Shown piece by piece: positions 34,453 to 45,462 of a stretch of 64,000 nucleotides of DNA. Each line of letters starts with the position of its first letter. Positions within the stretch are counted from its first letter, which is position 1. The position numbers and the translations under genes are program-made. Below the pieces are notes generated by a model. The model was not told the origin of the DNA and ran no database searches. It saw only the letters and a list, made by a program, of their open reading frames with translations. Where the stretch lies: assembly GCA_016906335.1 (NCBI GenBank), contig JADEYG010000003.1, positions 1,364,001 through 1,428,000 of the forward strand, in the 5' to 3' direction. This DNA comes from Novakomyces olei. Taxonomy: Eukaryota.

Positions 34453-34953
34453 TTACGGACGAGCGGCACGGAGCGAAAGAATCTCGCGCTCCAACGCACG
34501 GTTGCGGCGCTCGAGGCGAGCGATAGTCGCATCGCGCTGGGCCAGCGCACTCGAAACCGAACCGACGATCGAATTTGTTGACGGAGGACCGTCATCGGCA
34601 ATTACATGCACCTCGAATGGTGCCTGACGTCTTTCCTCCTGCGCTCGCTGTCGCGCGCGACGTCTTTCGCGGCGACGCTGCAGCTCCTCGCGCTCTCTCA
34701 CACGCTGTTCTTCACGCGCGGCAACAAGGCGCTCGTTCTCCTCATTGTCATGAAGAAAACGGCCTCCTTCGCAACGGGTGCGACGTGCCGCGCAGACCAT
34801 ACAGCGACGCACAAACGGTGCAGTGCCGAGAACGAAGCGGCACGGCAAAGAGTTTGCCACGCAATACTCGCAGGGCACGATAGCATCTCTGACATGAGCA
34901 AGCGACATGTTGTTGTTGATCCGGAACGCAGAGCGAAAATTCTTGTTTTGCAT
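34453..34953 (-). CDS. GyB1 antisense ORF: Zn(II)2Cys6 (GAL4-type) cluster plus Arg/Glu-rich coiled coil
   Basis: CEYC-x6-C-x12-CMVC-x6-C, then EENERL...RRRERRRARQR and a C-terminal heptad-like ALAQRDATIARLERRNRALERE; open in both GyB copies. Confidence 0.75.
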   Translation of the reverse strand: MQNKNFRSAFRINNNMSLAHVRDAIVPCEYCVANSLPCRFVLGTAPFVRRCMVCAARRTRCEGGRFLHDNEENERLVAAREEQRVREREELQRRRERRRARQRAQEERRQAPFEVHVIADDGPPSTNSIVGSVSSALAQRDATIARLERRNRALEREILSLRAARP

Positions 34954-35986
34954 CCGCAAATTACTTTATATTACTTAGATAGTTTTATTGCCGAAAGCGC
35001 ACTTATATAGCAGTCTAGTAGCTAACGTGGTTTTCATAGGCGCGGAGACCTCGCCCTAGAAAGGGGGATAGTGTCATGATCCCCGCCTCGCGTGAACCAC
35101 GACAGCGAACGACGCCTGAAGTCCTGTAGCGCCAAAGGCGATGACTTCAGGCTAGATAGATCTAAATAGCTCGCGCGAGGTAATGTTGGACATTACTCGC
35201 GCGAAGCGCGTAAGTGGCCTAGCTCGCGAGCAGGTTGGACCTGGCTCGCGCGAAGCAGGTCCACGTCCATGCCCGCGCGACGTAGGCACGTCGCGGCGCA
35301 TGACAGTAGTAGTAGCGATCGCGCATCGCTACGAAGCTAGATAGATCGATCCATAGAGTTCATAGCTCGCCACCGCTTTCCCAATGCGGATGGTCTGGGA
35401 CCATCGCATTGAGATCGTGGTGGGATGAGGCTTAGGCCGCGAAGTGGCTAAGCGAGCCGCTAAGCCTCATAGGATAGTCTACATAGTCGCCCATGGAGAG
35501 AACTCTCTCCACGGGCTTATAATCTCAAAGTTGCTACATAACCTTGTAGCAGGTAAGCTTTAGAGAAGCGCCGTCGCCTTTTCAAGGACAACGTCCTTTT
35601 CCTTTTCCTTAGTTCTTGCGCCGGGCGCAAGTCTACGTTCCCGTTTCTCGGTACTCGCTTCGCGCGGTACCCGATTGAACTTCCTTTGTCGAGCGGTCTC
35701 GCAAAGGACAGTCCGTGTTCGCCTGTAGCGACACGCGAGTTTACACCGCGGTGCTCCCCTCTAAGGGCCACCTTACATCAACTGTATATCCGAAAATTCG
35801 TCTTTCACCGTAGGAGTACTTGCATTGCGAGGCTTTATAGTTCCATTAATCCAATCAATATCTGGATTGTGCTTCTGGAACCATGGTAACCCAAGGATGG
35901 CGTCGTTCTTGCCAATATTAGTGACAAGGAATGATTCTTCAGATACGAAACCTTGTACATCGACATGTAGATCCTTCGTCTTGATG

Positions 35987-36356
35987 TGTCATGGTTTGCA
36001 CCTGACATGGTGCAAGTACAGTGCATCTTGCACAGAACTTGCACCGAGTAAAGTAGTTTAGCTTACTTGTTGAGGCTTAGCCTCTTAGTTCCTTTTCGAG
36101 ATAGTTTTTGAGTTATTTTAGTTAGTGAGATTAGTGAGTACGTAGCCCGTAAAGGATATAAAGAGGCTTCTTTCCTTTATAACTTTACGGTTAATCAACT
36201 TTGTTGGAAGAGTGAACTTCCATCTGGAGTCCCCTGCTGTAGCCAGCCGCGTACGACTGGCAGAAGCTTATAGTAATAAAAGCGTTTATTACTACGAGCA
36301 GTTAAGAGTCTACGTCCGAATCTACCTAAGCAAGCGTGCTGGGTAGCAACATAACA
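35987..36356 (+). repeat. Solo LTR of an unidentified family in the GyD protease
   Basis: TGTCA...ATAACA, 370 bp; TSD TGATG at 35982-35986 and 36357-36361; TATA-like GATATAAAG near 36154. Confidence 0.88.
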
Positions 36357-38209
36357 TGATGGGTACTCCACCTCTTGCAATATGCTTTCCATTTGCAACT
36401 CTGACAAATATAGGTGTTTTCAGACGTTCAGTCTCGGCCTTAAGTGCCAAAACAGTTCTTGGATTAATAAAATTAGTGTCTGACCCACTGTATAGTAGCA
36501 CTTTAATCTTCTTGTCGTTTACAACACACGACATCTCAAACCTCCCATAAGGTTTATCGTCTGGTGGCTTTTTCTGTGCCATCACCCCTAGAGATACCAC
36601 CGTCGGGTCTAGGCTTGGCCTTTTAAATTCTTCGAATCCTCTGCTCTCACATCTCTCGCAGGATATGGTGCAGGACAATACTTCGAAACATGTCCTTCTT
36701 CATTGCAACGATAACATTTGACCTTAAGCTAACATGCTTCGGTTTAGCGTTCCTGTTAGCACGGACGCTATCTTTCAAACTTGCTCTTGTCTCCAAAGAG
36801 TCAACTTCCATAGGTGTATAACCAGCCGAGCCCACTCCACGGTACTCCGGTATTCTCTTCACCGTTCTGTCTTTAGCCTTGCTTCGTTCAAACAAGCTAG
36901 TATCAATCTTAACGCATTCTTTAATGAGCTTCTCAAGCTCTTCTGGCAGATCGCTACGAGCCAATTCGTCTTTGATATCCTCTTTAAGTCCTTCGTAGAA
37001 CTGCGCAACGAGCGCATCGTTGTTCCACGTAAGCCACGACTTAACACGCTCAAACTCTGTGGCATAATGCGACACGGATCCCTTCTGTCTCAATAAGCGG
37101 ATCTGTCTTTCAGCCGTTCTGCGGACGTCCCTGTCCCCGAACATTTTCTCCAAGGTTTGGCAAAAATTGTTAAAATCGTCAAGTATGGCGCCATTGTCGC
37201 TACGGACATGTGGCTCGAACCATTTAAAAGCAACTCCTCTGAGGTAGGAGGCTGCAAACATAACACGCTGCCGATCCGTTCTGTATCGTTCCGGTTGTCC
37301 CGCTATGACCATCTGGACATGGGTCAGAAAATCCCCCGTTTGCGAACGATCGCCCGAAAAGTACGGCGGAGGAGCAAGCTTAGGTGTAAGGTGGCCCTTA
37401 GAGGGGAGCACCGCGGTATAAACTCGCGTGTCGCTACAGGCGAACACGGACTGTCCTTTGCGAGACCGCTCGACAAAGGAAGTTCAATCGGTTACCGCGC
37501 GAAGCGAGTACCGAGAAACGGGAACGTAGACTTGCGCCCGGCGCAAGAACTAAGGAAAAGGAAAAGGACGTTGTCCTTGAAAAGGCGACGGCGCTTCTCT
37601 AAAGCTTACCTGCTACAAGGCTATGTAGCAACTTTGAGATTATAAGCCCGTGGAGAGAGTTCTCTCCATGGGCGACTATGTAGACTATCCTATGAGGCTT
37701 AGCGGCTCGCTTAGCCACTTCGCGGCCTAAGCCTCATCCCACCACGATCTCAATGCGATGGTCCCAGACCATCCGCATTGGGAAAGCGGTGGCGAGCTAT
37801 GAACTCTATGGATCGATCTATCTAGCTTCGTAGCGATGCGCGATCGCTACTACTACTGTCATGCGCCGCGACGTGCCTACGTCGCGCGGGCATGGACGTG
37901 GACCTGCTTCGCGCGAGCCAGGTCCAACCTGCTCGCGAGCTAGGCCACTTACGCGCTTCGCGCGAGTAATGTCCAACATTACCTCGCGCGAGCTATTTAG
38001 ATCTATCTAGCCTGAAGTCATCGCCTTTGGCGCTACAGGACTTCAGGCGTCGTTCGCTGTCGTGGTTCACGCGAGGCGGGGATCATGACACTATCCCCCC
38101 TTTCTAGGGCGAGGTCTCCGCGCCTATGAAAACCACGTTAGCTACTAGACTGCTATATAAGTGCGCTTTCGGCAATAAAACTATCTAAGTAATATAAAGT
38201 AATTCGCGG

Positions 38210-38710
38210 ATGCAAAACAAGAATTTTCGCTCTGCGTTCCGGATCAACAACAACATGTCGCTTGTTCATGTCAGAGATGCTATCGTGCCCTGCGAGTATT
38301 GCGTGGCAAACTCTTTGCCGTGCCGCTTCGTTCTCGGCACTGCACCGTTTGTGCGTCGCTGTATGGTCTGCGCGGCACGTCGCACCCGTTGCGAAGGAGG
38401 CCGTTTTCTTCATGACAATGAGGAGAACGAGCGCCTTGTTGCCGCGCGTGAAGAACAGCGTGTGAGAGAGCGCGAGGAGCTGCAGCGTCGCCGCGAAAGA
38501 CGTCGCGCGCGACAGCGAGCGCAGGAGGAAAGACGTCAGGCACCATTCGAGGTGCATGTAATTGCCGATGACGGTCCTCCGTCAACAAATTCGATCGTCG
38601 GTTCGGTTTCGAGTGCGCTGGCCCAGCGCGATGCGACTATCGCTCGCCTCGAGCGCCGCAACCGTGCGTTGGAGCGCGAGATTCTTTCGCTCCGTGCCGC
38701 TCGTCCGTAA
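38210..38710 (+). CDS. GyB2 antisense Zn(II)2Cys6/coiled-coil ORF
   Basis: Same protein as 34453-34953 with one substitution; TATATAAG at ~38154-38161 upstream; alternative start CAACAACAAC-ATG at 38255. Confidence 0.75.
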   Translation: MQNKNFRSAFRINNNMSLVHVRDAIVPCEYCVANSLPCRFVLGTAPFVRRCMVCAARRTRCEGGRFLHDNEENERLVAAREEQRVREREELQRRRERRRARQRAQEERRQAPFEVHVIADDGPPSTNSIVGSVSSALAQRDATIARLERRNRALEREILSLRAARP

Positions 38711-38937
38711 TTGTGTGCGTGACTCAACAGCCATTCCTCCTTGCGTTGTCCCATATTATTTGTTCGACAAGTAATTGAATATGTTTTTGTATAATTTTCT
38801 CGTAATAATTTAAACAATAATAATCGCGGTATAATCAATAAATCAATAAATCACTTTAAGAGTTGAGTCTTAGTTTCGCGTGGGTGACGAAAGTTGAAGG
38901 TCGTCGCCCGAATAGGGAGCTCGCTTAGCATTCCCAT

Positions 38938-41900
38938 TTAAGAACCAGGTTTGTTCGGGTGTGCACGGTGGAATTCGTTTACCAAATCCATGCAGTTGTG
39001 TAAATGTTTCGCAGGCTCCCACGTGCGGTCGGAGGCGTCGTAGCCTTTCCAATGCACATAATATTGAAGTTGCTTGCGTCGGATGCGCGAGTCTAGAACT
39101 TGCTCGACTTCCCATTCCGGGTTAGCATCCAATATAACTGGCGGTGGTGGCGCGATCTGTTCTCGCGCGATCTGCGACACTGCGTTATGTCGCTCTAGCA
39201 ATGAAGCGTGGAAGACAGGATGTATACGCATTGCCTTCGGTAGTTCCAAGCGATATGCACGCAAACCAACGCGTGCGATAATCCTAAACGGTCCCAGCTT
39301 CTTGGCATCCAGCTTATCGCATGGCCGCGTAGTGCTAATATTTTTTCGCACTAGCCAGACTTGATCGCCAATAGCAAAACTTTTGTCGACGCGATGCTCA
39401 TTTGCAAAGCGCGCCTGGTCGCTGAGAGACTTTTCGATTTCGACTTTCAATAAGCGATGTAGATTCCGTAGGTATTCGATACGTTCATCCGCGGATGGGC
39501 ATTGTCGCGAAGATGAAATCGTAAAGCGACATTTCGGGTTGTAGCCGTAAAAAGCGTAAAACGGTGTTGTCTTTGTAGACGACTGCTCTGAATTGTTGTA
39601 CGCGAATTGAGCAAAAGGTAACAAATTGACCCAATTGCTTTGCTGATAGTTGCTGTAGATCCTCAGATATTGCTCTAAGATCTGGTTAAGCCTCTCTGTT
39701 TGGCCGTCGCTCTGTGGGTGGTACGCGGTAGACAACTTCTGCTGTATATCGCATTGCGAAAGCAAGTGTCGTGTAAACTGCGATACAAATACCGAACCCC
39801 TGTCAGAGACTATTTCGTCTGGTAGGCCATAGTTGGCAAATACGCGATGGGCGTAAATCAAAGCTAGCTCAGTAGCCTTAATAGATTCGCGTATTGGTAT
39901 AAATATTCCGATTTTCGTAAATCGACAGGTGATTACCCATATGGAGTCGTAGGTTTTTTGTGTAATCGCATCGCGCGACTCCGGTAATTTCACAATGAAG
40001 TCCATTGAGATACTTTCCCAGGGTCTCGCTGGTACTCTCAGTGGGTGTAGTAGTCCATACGGTGCATGTCGCGAAGGCTTGTTTCGCGCACAAGTATCGC
40101 ACGACTCGACGTAACTAAATATCTCTTTTCGCATGCGTGGCCAATAGTAGTTTCGCATGACTAAGTCCAACGTTTTGGCCTGGCCAGGGTGACCCGCGAC
40201 ATGCGAATCATGGCATGTCTGTAGTATAGCTAATCGCAAACGATTGTCGTTTGGGATGTATAGCAAACCCGAAAACGTTAGAAGACCCTTTTCGTTTATA
40301 CTGTAGTTTCGCAGATGTTCCGACACTGGCTGCTTGCCGAGGTCCTCCATGACAACCTTGCAAGTCTTGTCTTTACCGTAACATTGTTTAATCTGATCAT
40401 CAATGCCTGTATCTTCTGCGGTCGCGAACAGGAAGTGCGATCTGTCCAATAGTGCCATAGTTCGCTCTGGTTTCTCCTGTTCCTTATCGCCGACATAATC
40501 GCTTCGCCTAGACAAGGCATCCGCTTTGTGATTTAGCTTTCCAGCACGGTATTCAATAACGAAATCATAGGAAGCGATCAATTGCGACCATCGCATCTGT
40601 CTACGGCTAAGTACTCTTGCTGTAAGAAAGTACATGAGATTGCGGTGATCCGTATAAATTGTAGTGCGATGTAACGGACTCTCCAGGTAAACTCGCCATT
40701 CGCGAAGACATGCGACAATAGCTAACAGCTCTTTGTCGTAGATATCATAGTTTACTTCCGCGCTAGTCATTTTTCGCGAGTAGAACGCGATGGGTCTCAT
40801 TTCGTCGCTGTTGTCTTTCTGCGAGAGAATCCCACCGATCGCGAAGTCCGATGCGTCGGTTTCCAAATAACTTGGCTTCTGCGGGTCGAAATGCGCAAGG
40901 ATCGGCGCACCCAGAAAAGCGTTCTTCAGAGTTTGGAAAGAGTCAATGCACTCCTTGGAGAAATTAAACTGCGCATCCTTCTTCAGTAAGCGGGTGAGAG
41001 GGATGGTAATTTTGCTGTAGTTTGCAATAAATCTGCGATAGTAATTTGATAGGCCTAAGAACGACATAACGTCTTTCGCGTTCTTGGGTTCAGGCCATGT
41101 CTCAATAGAATCAACTTTCGCTTTCTCCATAGACACTCCTTTCGTAGAGACAACAAAGCCTAGGAACTCTGTCGTGTCTGTGTGGAACTCGCATTTCTCT
41201 AGTTTCACAAATAAGTTTGCTTTGCGAAGTCGTTTCAGTACTTCGCGAACATGCGTCACATGCTCCTCCTCGGTGTCCGAATAGATCAAGATGTCGTCCA
41301 AGTATACAACAGCAAAGCGATCCAGACAATCGCGTAATGTGTCGTTCGCAAGAGCTTGGAAAGATGCCGGGGCGTTCGTGAGCCCGAAAGGCATAACCTG
41401 ATATTCGTAATGTCCATAACGCGTACGGAAGGCGGTTTTCCACTCGTCGCCTTCGCGTATACGGACAAGATTATACGCGCCACGGAGATCTAATCGCGTA
41501 AATATCGTCGACTGACGAATGCGATCCAATAGCTCCGATATGAGCGGCAGCGCATAGCGATTTTTGACAGTTACCGCGTTTAGCCCGCGATAATCTACGC
41601 ACAGTCTCAGCGAACCGTCCTTCTTTTTCACAAAAAGAATTGGAGCCCCCGCGGGCGATGAAGACGGCCTAATGAATCCCTTCGCTAGAATGTCTTTAAT
41701 GTAGTCGCGTAGTGTTTGTAGCTCGCGTTCGGCCAGAGGATATATAGGCCCGAACGGCGGCTTCGCGCCTTCTGTCAACGGTATTGCGTGATCCCACGCC
41801 TGATGCTGTGGTAGAATGTCTGCATTTCTTTTCTCAAAAAGATCGCGAAAGTCTGCATACTCGGGAGGTATAGCGACGTTTTTGTCCTCGCTTTTAGCGT

Positions 41901-42489
41901 CGGTCGCGTATACGCACAGCAATCCCGAGTCGTTGCCTCGCGATAGCTTAGCAAATTCCGTCGCACTGATTTGCGATGGTTCGTCTTGTGCCTCGGGCTT
42001 CTTGAGGCAGTTTGCTAAGCAATAGGAAGACTCGAATTCGACTTTTGCACGTCTCCATGCAATCCTTGGCTCATGTTTGTCGAGCCATGGCTTTCCTAAA
42101 ATAACGTCGTGTCCAGAGAGCGGTATCACGTTAAACATCATAGTCTCGCGATGTTCGCCTATGGTGACCTCCATGTTTTCAGTCTGGAAGCGAACACCTC
42201 CGGTGCGAATCGCTCTTCCATCCACAACTCGTAGTGGCTCAATCTTCGCCTTCTTCGTTATATCGATTATGCTTCTCGTAGCAAGGCTCTGGCTGATAAA
42301 ATTCGACGTCGCGCCTGAGTCGATCAGCGCCTTCGCGTCCAGCTGGCCCTTGCTAGTTCTCAAATTTGCAGTAACTGTGAGATGTATTCCTCTGTCAGGT
42401 TCGGGTACCACTGACATCACCTCCGAAAGCCTCGTGTCATTAACGCCCAGATCAGGCCTTTCTTTTAGACCTGGGCTCTCGCTTTTCCC
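38938..42489 (-). CDS. pol: GyB2 Pol
   Basis: Intact, nearly identical to GyB1 Pol. Confidence 0.94.
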   Translation of the reverse strand, partial: GKSESPGLKERPDLGVNDTRLSEVMSVVPEPDRGIHLTVTANLRTSKGQLDAKALIDSGATSNFISQSLATRSIIDITKKAKIEPLRVVDGRAIRTGGVRFQTENMEVTIGEHRETMMFNVIPLSGHDVILGKPWLDKHEPRIAWRRAKVEFESSYCLANCLKKPEAQDEPSQISATEFAKLSRGNDSGLLCVYATDAKSEDKNVAIPPEYADFRDLFEKRNADILPQHQAWDHAIPLTEGAKPPFGPIYPLAERELQTLRDYIKDILAKGFIRPSSSPAGAPILFVKKKDGSLRLCVDYRGLNAVTVKNRYALPLISELLDRIRQSTIFTRLDLRGAYNLVRIREGDEWKTAFRTRYGHYEYQVMPFGLTNAPASFQALANDTLRDCLDRFAVVYLDDILIYSDTEEEHVTHVREVLKRLRKANLFVKLEKCEFHTDTTEFLGFVVSTKGVSMEKAKVDSIETWPEPKNAKDVMSFLGLSNYYRRFIANYSKITIPLTRLLKKDAQFNFSKECIDSFQTLKNAFLGAPILAHFDPQKPSYLETDASDFAIGGILSQKDNSDEMRPIAFYSRKMTSAEVNYDIYDKELLAIVACLREWRVYLESPLHRTTIYTDHRNLMYFLTARVLSRRQMRWSQLIASYDFVIEYRAGKLNHKADALSRRSDYVGDKEQEKPERTMALLDRSHFLFATAEDTGIDDQIKQCYGKDKTCKVVMEDLGKQPVSEHLRNYSINEKGLLTFSGLLYIPNDNRLRLAILQTCHDSHVAGHPGQAKTLDLVMRNYYWPRMRKEIFSYVESCDTCARNKPSRHAPYGLLHPLRVPARPWESISMDFIVKLPESRDAITQKTYDSIWVITCRFTKIGIFIPIRESIKATELALIYAHRVFANYGLPDEIVSDRGSVFVSQFTRHLLSQCDIQQKLSTAYHPQSDGQTERLNQILEQYLRIYSNYQQSNWVNLLPFAQFAYNNSEQSSTKTTPFYAFYGYNPKCRFTISSSRQCPSADERIEYLRNLHRLLKVEIEKSLSDQARFANEHRVDKSFAIGDQVWLVRKNISTTRPCDKLDAKKLGPFRIIARVGLRAYRLELPKAMRIHPVFHASLLERHNAVSQIAREQIAPPPPVILDANPEWEVEQVLDSRIRRKQLQYYVHWKGYDASDRTWEPAKHLHNCMDLVNEFHRAHPNKPGS

Positions 42490-43412
42490 GGTTCCGTGAT
42501 ACTGTCCATAACCACCGAGATGCGTTGCTCATAATTGCGTTGCTTCTGTTTGCAATCACGTGCGCGATGACCTTCGCGTCCGCACGTAAAACATCTGTTC
42601 TCTTTCTTTCGACGCTGGCGTTCGTCGCTGGTAATGCTCTTCTTTTCGTAACTGGTAGCATCTACCTCCATGGGAGTGTATCCCTTGTTCGCGATCGTCG
42701 CGCCCCTATAGCCTGAAGCGCCCTTGGCGTTCGTACGGCTAGCGCTTTCGTAGTAACGATCCGACAACCTTTCGTCCACGCGTACAGACTTCTCAATTAA
42801 GTCTGACAATGTACGCGATTTTTCCAACCGAGATAATTCGTCCTTAATTCGATCTTTCAATCCTTGATAATATTCGTAGCGTAAACTGTGATCGCTAAAA
42901 TCCAAGTGCGAAGTGATCTGCTGAAAACGCGAAGTATACTCAGCAACAGATCCTCGCTGTTTGAGCAATGCTAGCTCCCGCTCAGCCTGACTAATGCGGT
43001 CGACGCTCCCAAATGTCGTGGAGAGCTCGTCGCAAAACAGGGCAAAGTCACTGGTAATTAGGCTTTCATCGTGGTCGCGCAAGTGGGGTTCAAACCACGC
43101 AAAAGCGGCACCGCGCAGATAAGATACCGCAAACAGGACCTTCGCTTCGTCGTTGCGAAACTCATGTGGCTTGAGTCTCACGTATAAGCGAACCTGTGCA
43201 AGGAAAGTATCCACCGATCTGCGATCGCCTCTGAATGTATCCGGCTTCGAAATGCTTGGCCCTTCGCTGACTCCTGATCGTCGAGATCCCCGGGATCCCA
43301 TTTCCTGGCGAAGGCCTTCAATAACCGATTTGTCCTTAACGCGCTCCTCTTGGAGCGACGCGATCTGCGCCTGCAGCGTCTGCAGAAACGCGTTCAAGTC
43401 CTCTTGACTCAT
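42465..43412 (-). CDS. gag: GyB2 Gag
   Basis: Same translation as 29751-30698. Confidence 0.94.
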   Translation of the reverse strand: MSQEDLNAFLQTLQAQIASLQEERVKDKSVIEGLRQEMGSRGSRRSGVSEGPSISKPDTFRGDRRSVDTFLAQVRLYVRLKPHEFRNDEAKVLFAVSYLRGAAFAWFEPHLRDHDESLITSDFALFCDELSTTFGSVDRISQAERELALLKQRGSVAEYTSRFQQITSHLDFSDHSLRYEYYQGLKDRIKDELSRLEKSRTLSDLIEKSVRVDERLSDRYYESASRTNAKGASGYRGATIANKGYTPMEVDATSYEKKSITSDERQRRKKENRCFTCGREGHRARDCKQKQRNYEQRISVVMDSITEPGKARAQV

Positions 43413-44481
43413 CGTAATTCAATAATTCGTTTGTGCTGCTAAACCGTAGCAAAGCACCCTTCGTCGCAACAACTTAGTGCGAAATAAAACTTGTAAATCG
43501 AAATCTGTGTACGCCTCCGTGCGTGACACCTTTCAACGCCGTGTAAATCTGTAGCTTAGACGAGCTCACGGGCTTATAATAGTGTAAGGTGGCCCTTAGA
43601 GGGGAGCACCGCGGTATAAACTCGCGTGTCGCTACAGGCGAACACGGACTGTCCTTTGCGAGACCGCTCGACAAAGGAAGTTCAATCGGTTACCGCGCGA
43701 AGCGAGTACCGAGAAACGGGAACGTAGACTTGCGCCCGGCGCAAGAACTAAGGAAAAGGAAAAGGACGTTGTCCTTGAAAAGGCGACGGCGCTTCTCTAA
43801 AGCTTACCTGCTACAAGGCTATGTAGCAACTTTGAGATTATAAGCCCGTGGAGAGAGTTCTCTCCATGGGCGACTATGTAGACTATCCTATGAGGCTTAG
43901 CGGCTCGCTTAGCCACTTCGCGGCCTAAGCCTCATCCCACCACGATCTCAATGCGATGGTCCCAGACCATCCGCATTGGGAAAGCGGTGGCGAGCTATGA
44001 ACTCTATGGATCGATCTATCTAGCTTCGTAGCGATGCGCGATCGCTACTACTACTGTCATGCGCCGCGACGTGCCTACGTCGCGCGGGCATGGACGTGGA
44101 CCTGCTTCGCGCGAGCCAGGTCCAACCTGCTCGCGAGCTAGGCCACTTACGCGCTTCGCGCGAGTAATGTCCAACATTACCTCGCGCGAGCTATTTAGAT
44201 CTATCTAGCCTGAAGTCATCGCCTTTGGCGCTACAGGACTTCAGGCGTCGTTCGCTGTCGTGGTTCACGCGAGGCGGGGATCATGACATTAGGCTCCTTG
44301 GTGCGCGTGTTGGACACGATTCCATTAGCGGCGCGAAGTCGCTCACTAAGGCTCTGGTTTTCCGTTTCGAGTCTCTCGAGGCGAGCCGTCGTTTGCTCAA
44401 GAAACGATTGTATATGCTGATAATCCATCGTAAAAAGCTCGAAGAAAAAGTCACAGTCCCCGAATCGTGGACGTGTAATAC

Positions 44482-44888
44482 TGTTATGGTTGTAGAAGGC
44501 GAAAGCCTAAAGGAAAACCCAATTGCCGGATTTCACGCCGGCTCTGGGACTATGAGAAAATTAAGAGATAGAACTGGGTTTAAAAGATTGGGTCTCCCCA
44601 AAGTTCGATTACACGTAGCGAGAAAAGTAGAAGCAGGACCTCTATTTATATCCTCGCTACGTAGAATATTCTAGAAACACTAACTACTTAAACGATTAAA
44701 CAAACTAACAAGTAAAAGCAGTCAGAACAATAATAGTCAATAATGAATAAATAATAAGTAAATATTTAAATAAATAATAAATATTAAATATTAAATAAAG
44801 ACAACAAACAAATAATAGACTAGCGCTTCAATAGCGTCGGTGCTATCGAAGACGCAATAACAATATAAAAATAAATTCAATCGTAACA
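44482..44888 (-). repeat. GyD 5' LTR
   Basis: TG...CA on minus, TATAAATA box, followed by a PBS-like GTATTACACGT and the gag ATG at 44428. No second copy in the window to confirm the boundaries. Confidence 0.78.
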
Positions 44889-44900
44889 TATGTGGGTTAG

Positions 44901-45121
44901 TGTCATGATCCTCGCCTTGGCGAGTCCCTGACAACCGCGTTGAGAAGCGAGGGGCGACGCCTGTAGTCGGACTTGGGATGTCCGCGCGTCGCAAGCTTCG
45001 CCAACGCGGCCCAAGACCAGTCGGCGCGTAACGCGATGGTCTTGGGACGTAGAAGTTGTCTTAGTGCGCATGTAGGTACGCGCACTAAGCCAGCTTGGCC
45101 CACGGGAGCGAGGGGCTCCAT
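44901..45121 (+). repeat. LTR of a GyB-related family, first part (continues at 58038-58141)
   Basis: Starts TGTCATGATCCTCGCC (GyB: TGTCATGATCCCCGCC); GC-rich and palindromic; split by GyC (TSD TCCAT) and again by GyE. Confidence 0.7.
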
Positions 45122-45462
45122 TGTTATGGGTCACAGTTCTGTGCTGAGTAAGTCTGGATAGGTTTGGCCAGTAACACGATGGCCGTGGCAGGGAGTCAGA
45201 GTAGGAGAAAGCAAATGGACTTAAACGCAACTAAACTCGTAACTGTAAAACTTCAGTAACTTCAAACTTCAAACTTCAATAACCGTCAAGTCTCAATAGG
45301 CGGCGTTGAAGGGCCTATTTATAGACTTGACTACTAACTAAACTAACAAGTACTATAGAACACTATAGAACTTTCTACGAACCGTGAGCTCAAGTAAACG
45401 GAAATACCGCAACTGAACTCTATTAGCGTTGGAAAACGCTAATTGATGTCATGCCTATGACA

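Larger units (their letters stand above)
28875..35777 (+). mobile_element. Gypsy chromovirus GyB copy 1, apparently intact
   Basis: 706-bp LTRs 28875-29580 and 35072-35777; TSD TCAAC at 28870-28874 and 35778-35782; PPT AGAAAGGGGGATAG. Confidence 0.97.
37385..44288 (-). mobile_element. Gypsy chromovirus GyB copy 2, apparently intact
   Basis: LTRs 43583-44288 and 37385-38090; TSD TTAGG at 37380-37384 and 44289-44293. Confidence 0.97.
23322..44888 (-). mobile_element. Gypsy GyD: fragmented host element carrying four nested insertions, 3' end missing
   Basis: 5' LTR 44482-44888 (TGTTAC...ATAACA on minus). Gag 44428-44289 joins across GyB2 (KEP|KLAPPPYF) to 37384-~36610. PR 36357-~36620 and 35778-35986, RT 27913-28874 (YLDD) and 23322-23392 (QQESFAKLKKCF...QHYD) join across TSDs. 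Confidence 0.88.

Noticed and set aside
28875-44288. GyB1/GyB2 (and GyA1/GyA2) as terminal inverted repeats of a giant DNA element or a segmental duplication
   Set aside because: Each copy has its own TSD and insertion site, and GyB LTR variants are copy-specific, so they are independent retrotransposition events.
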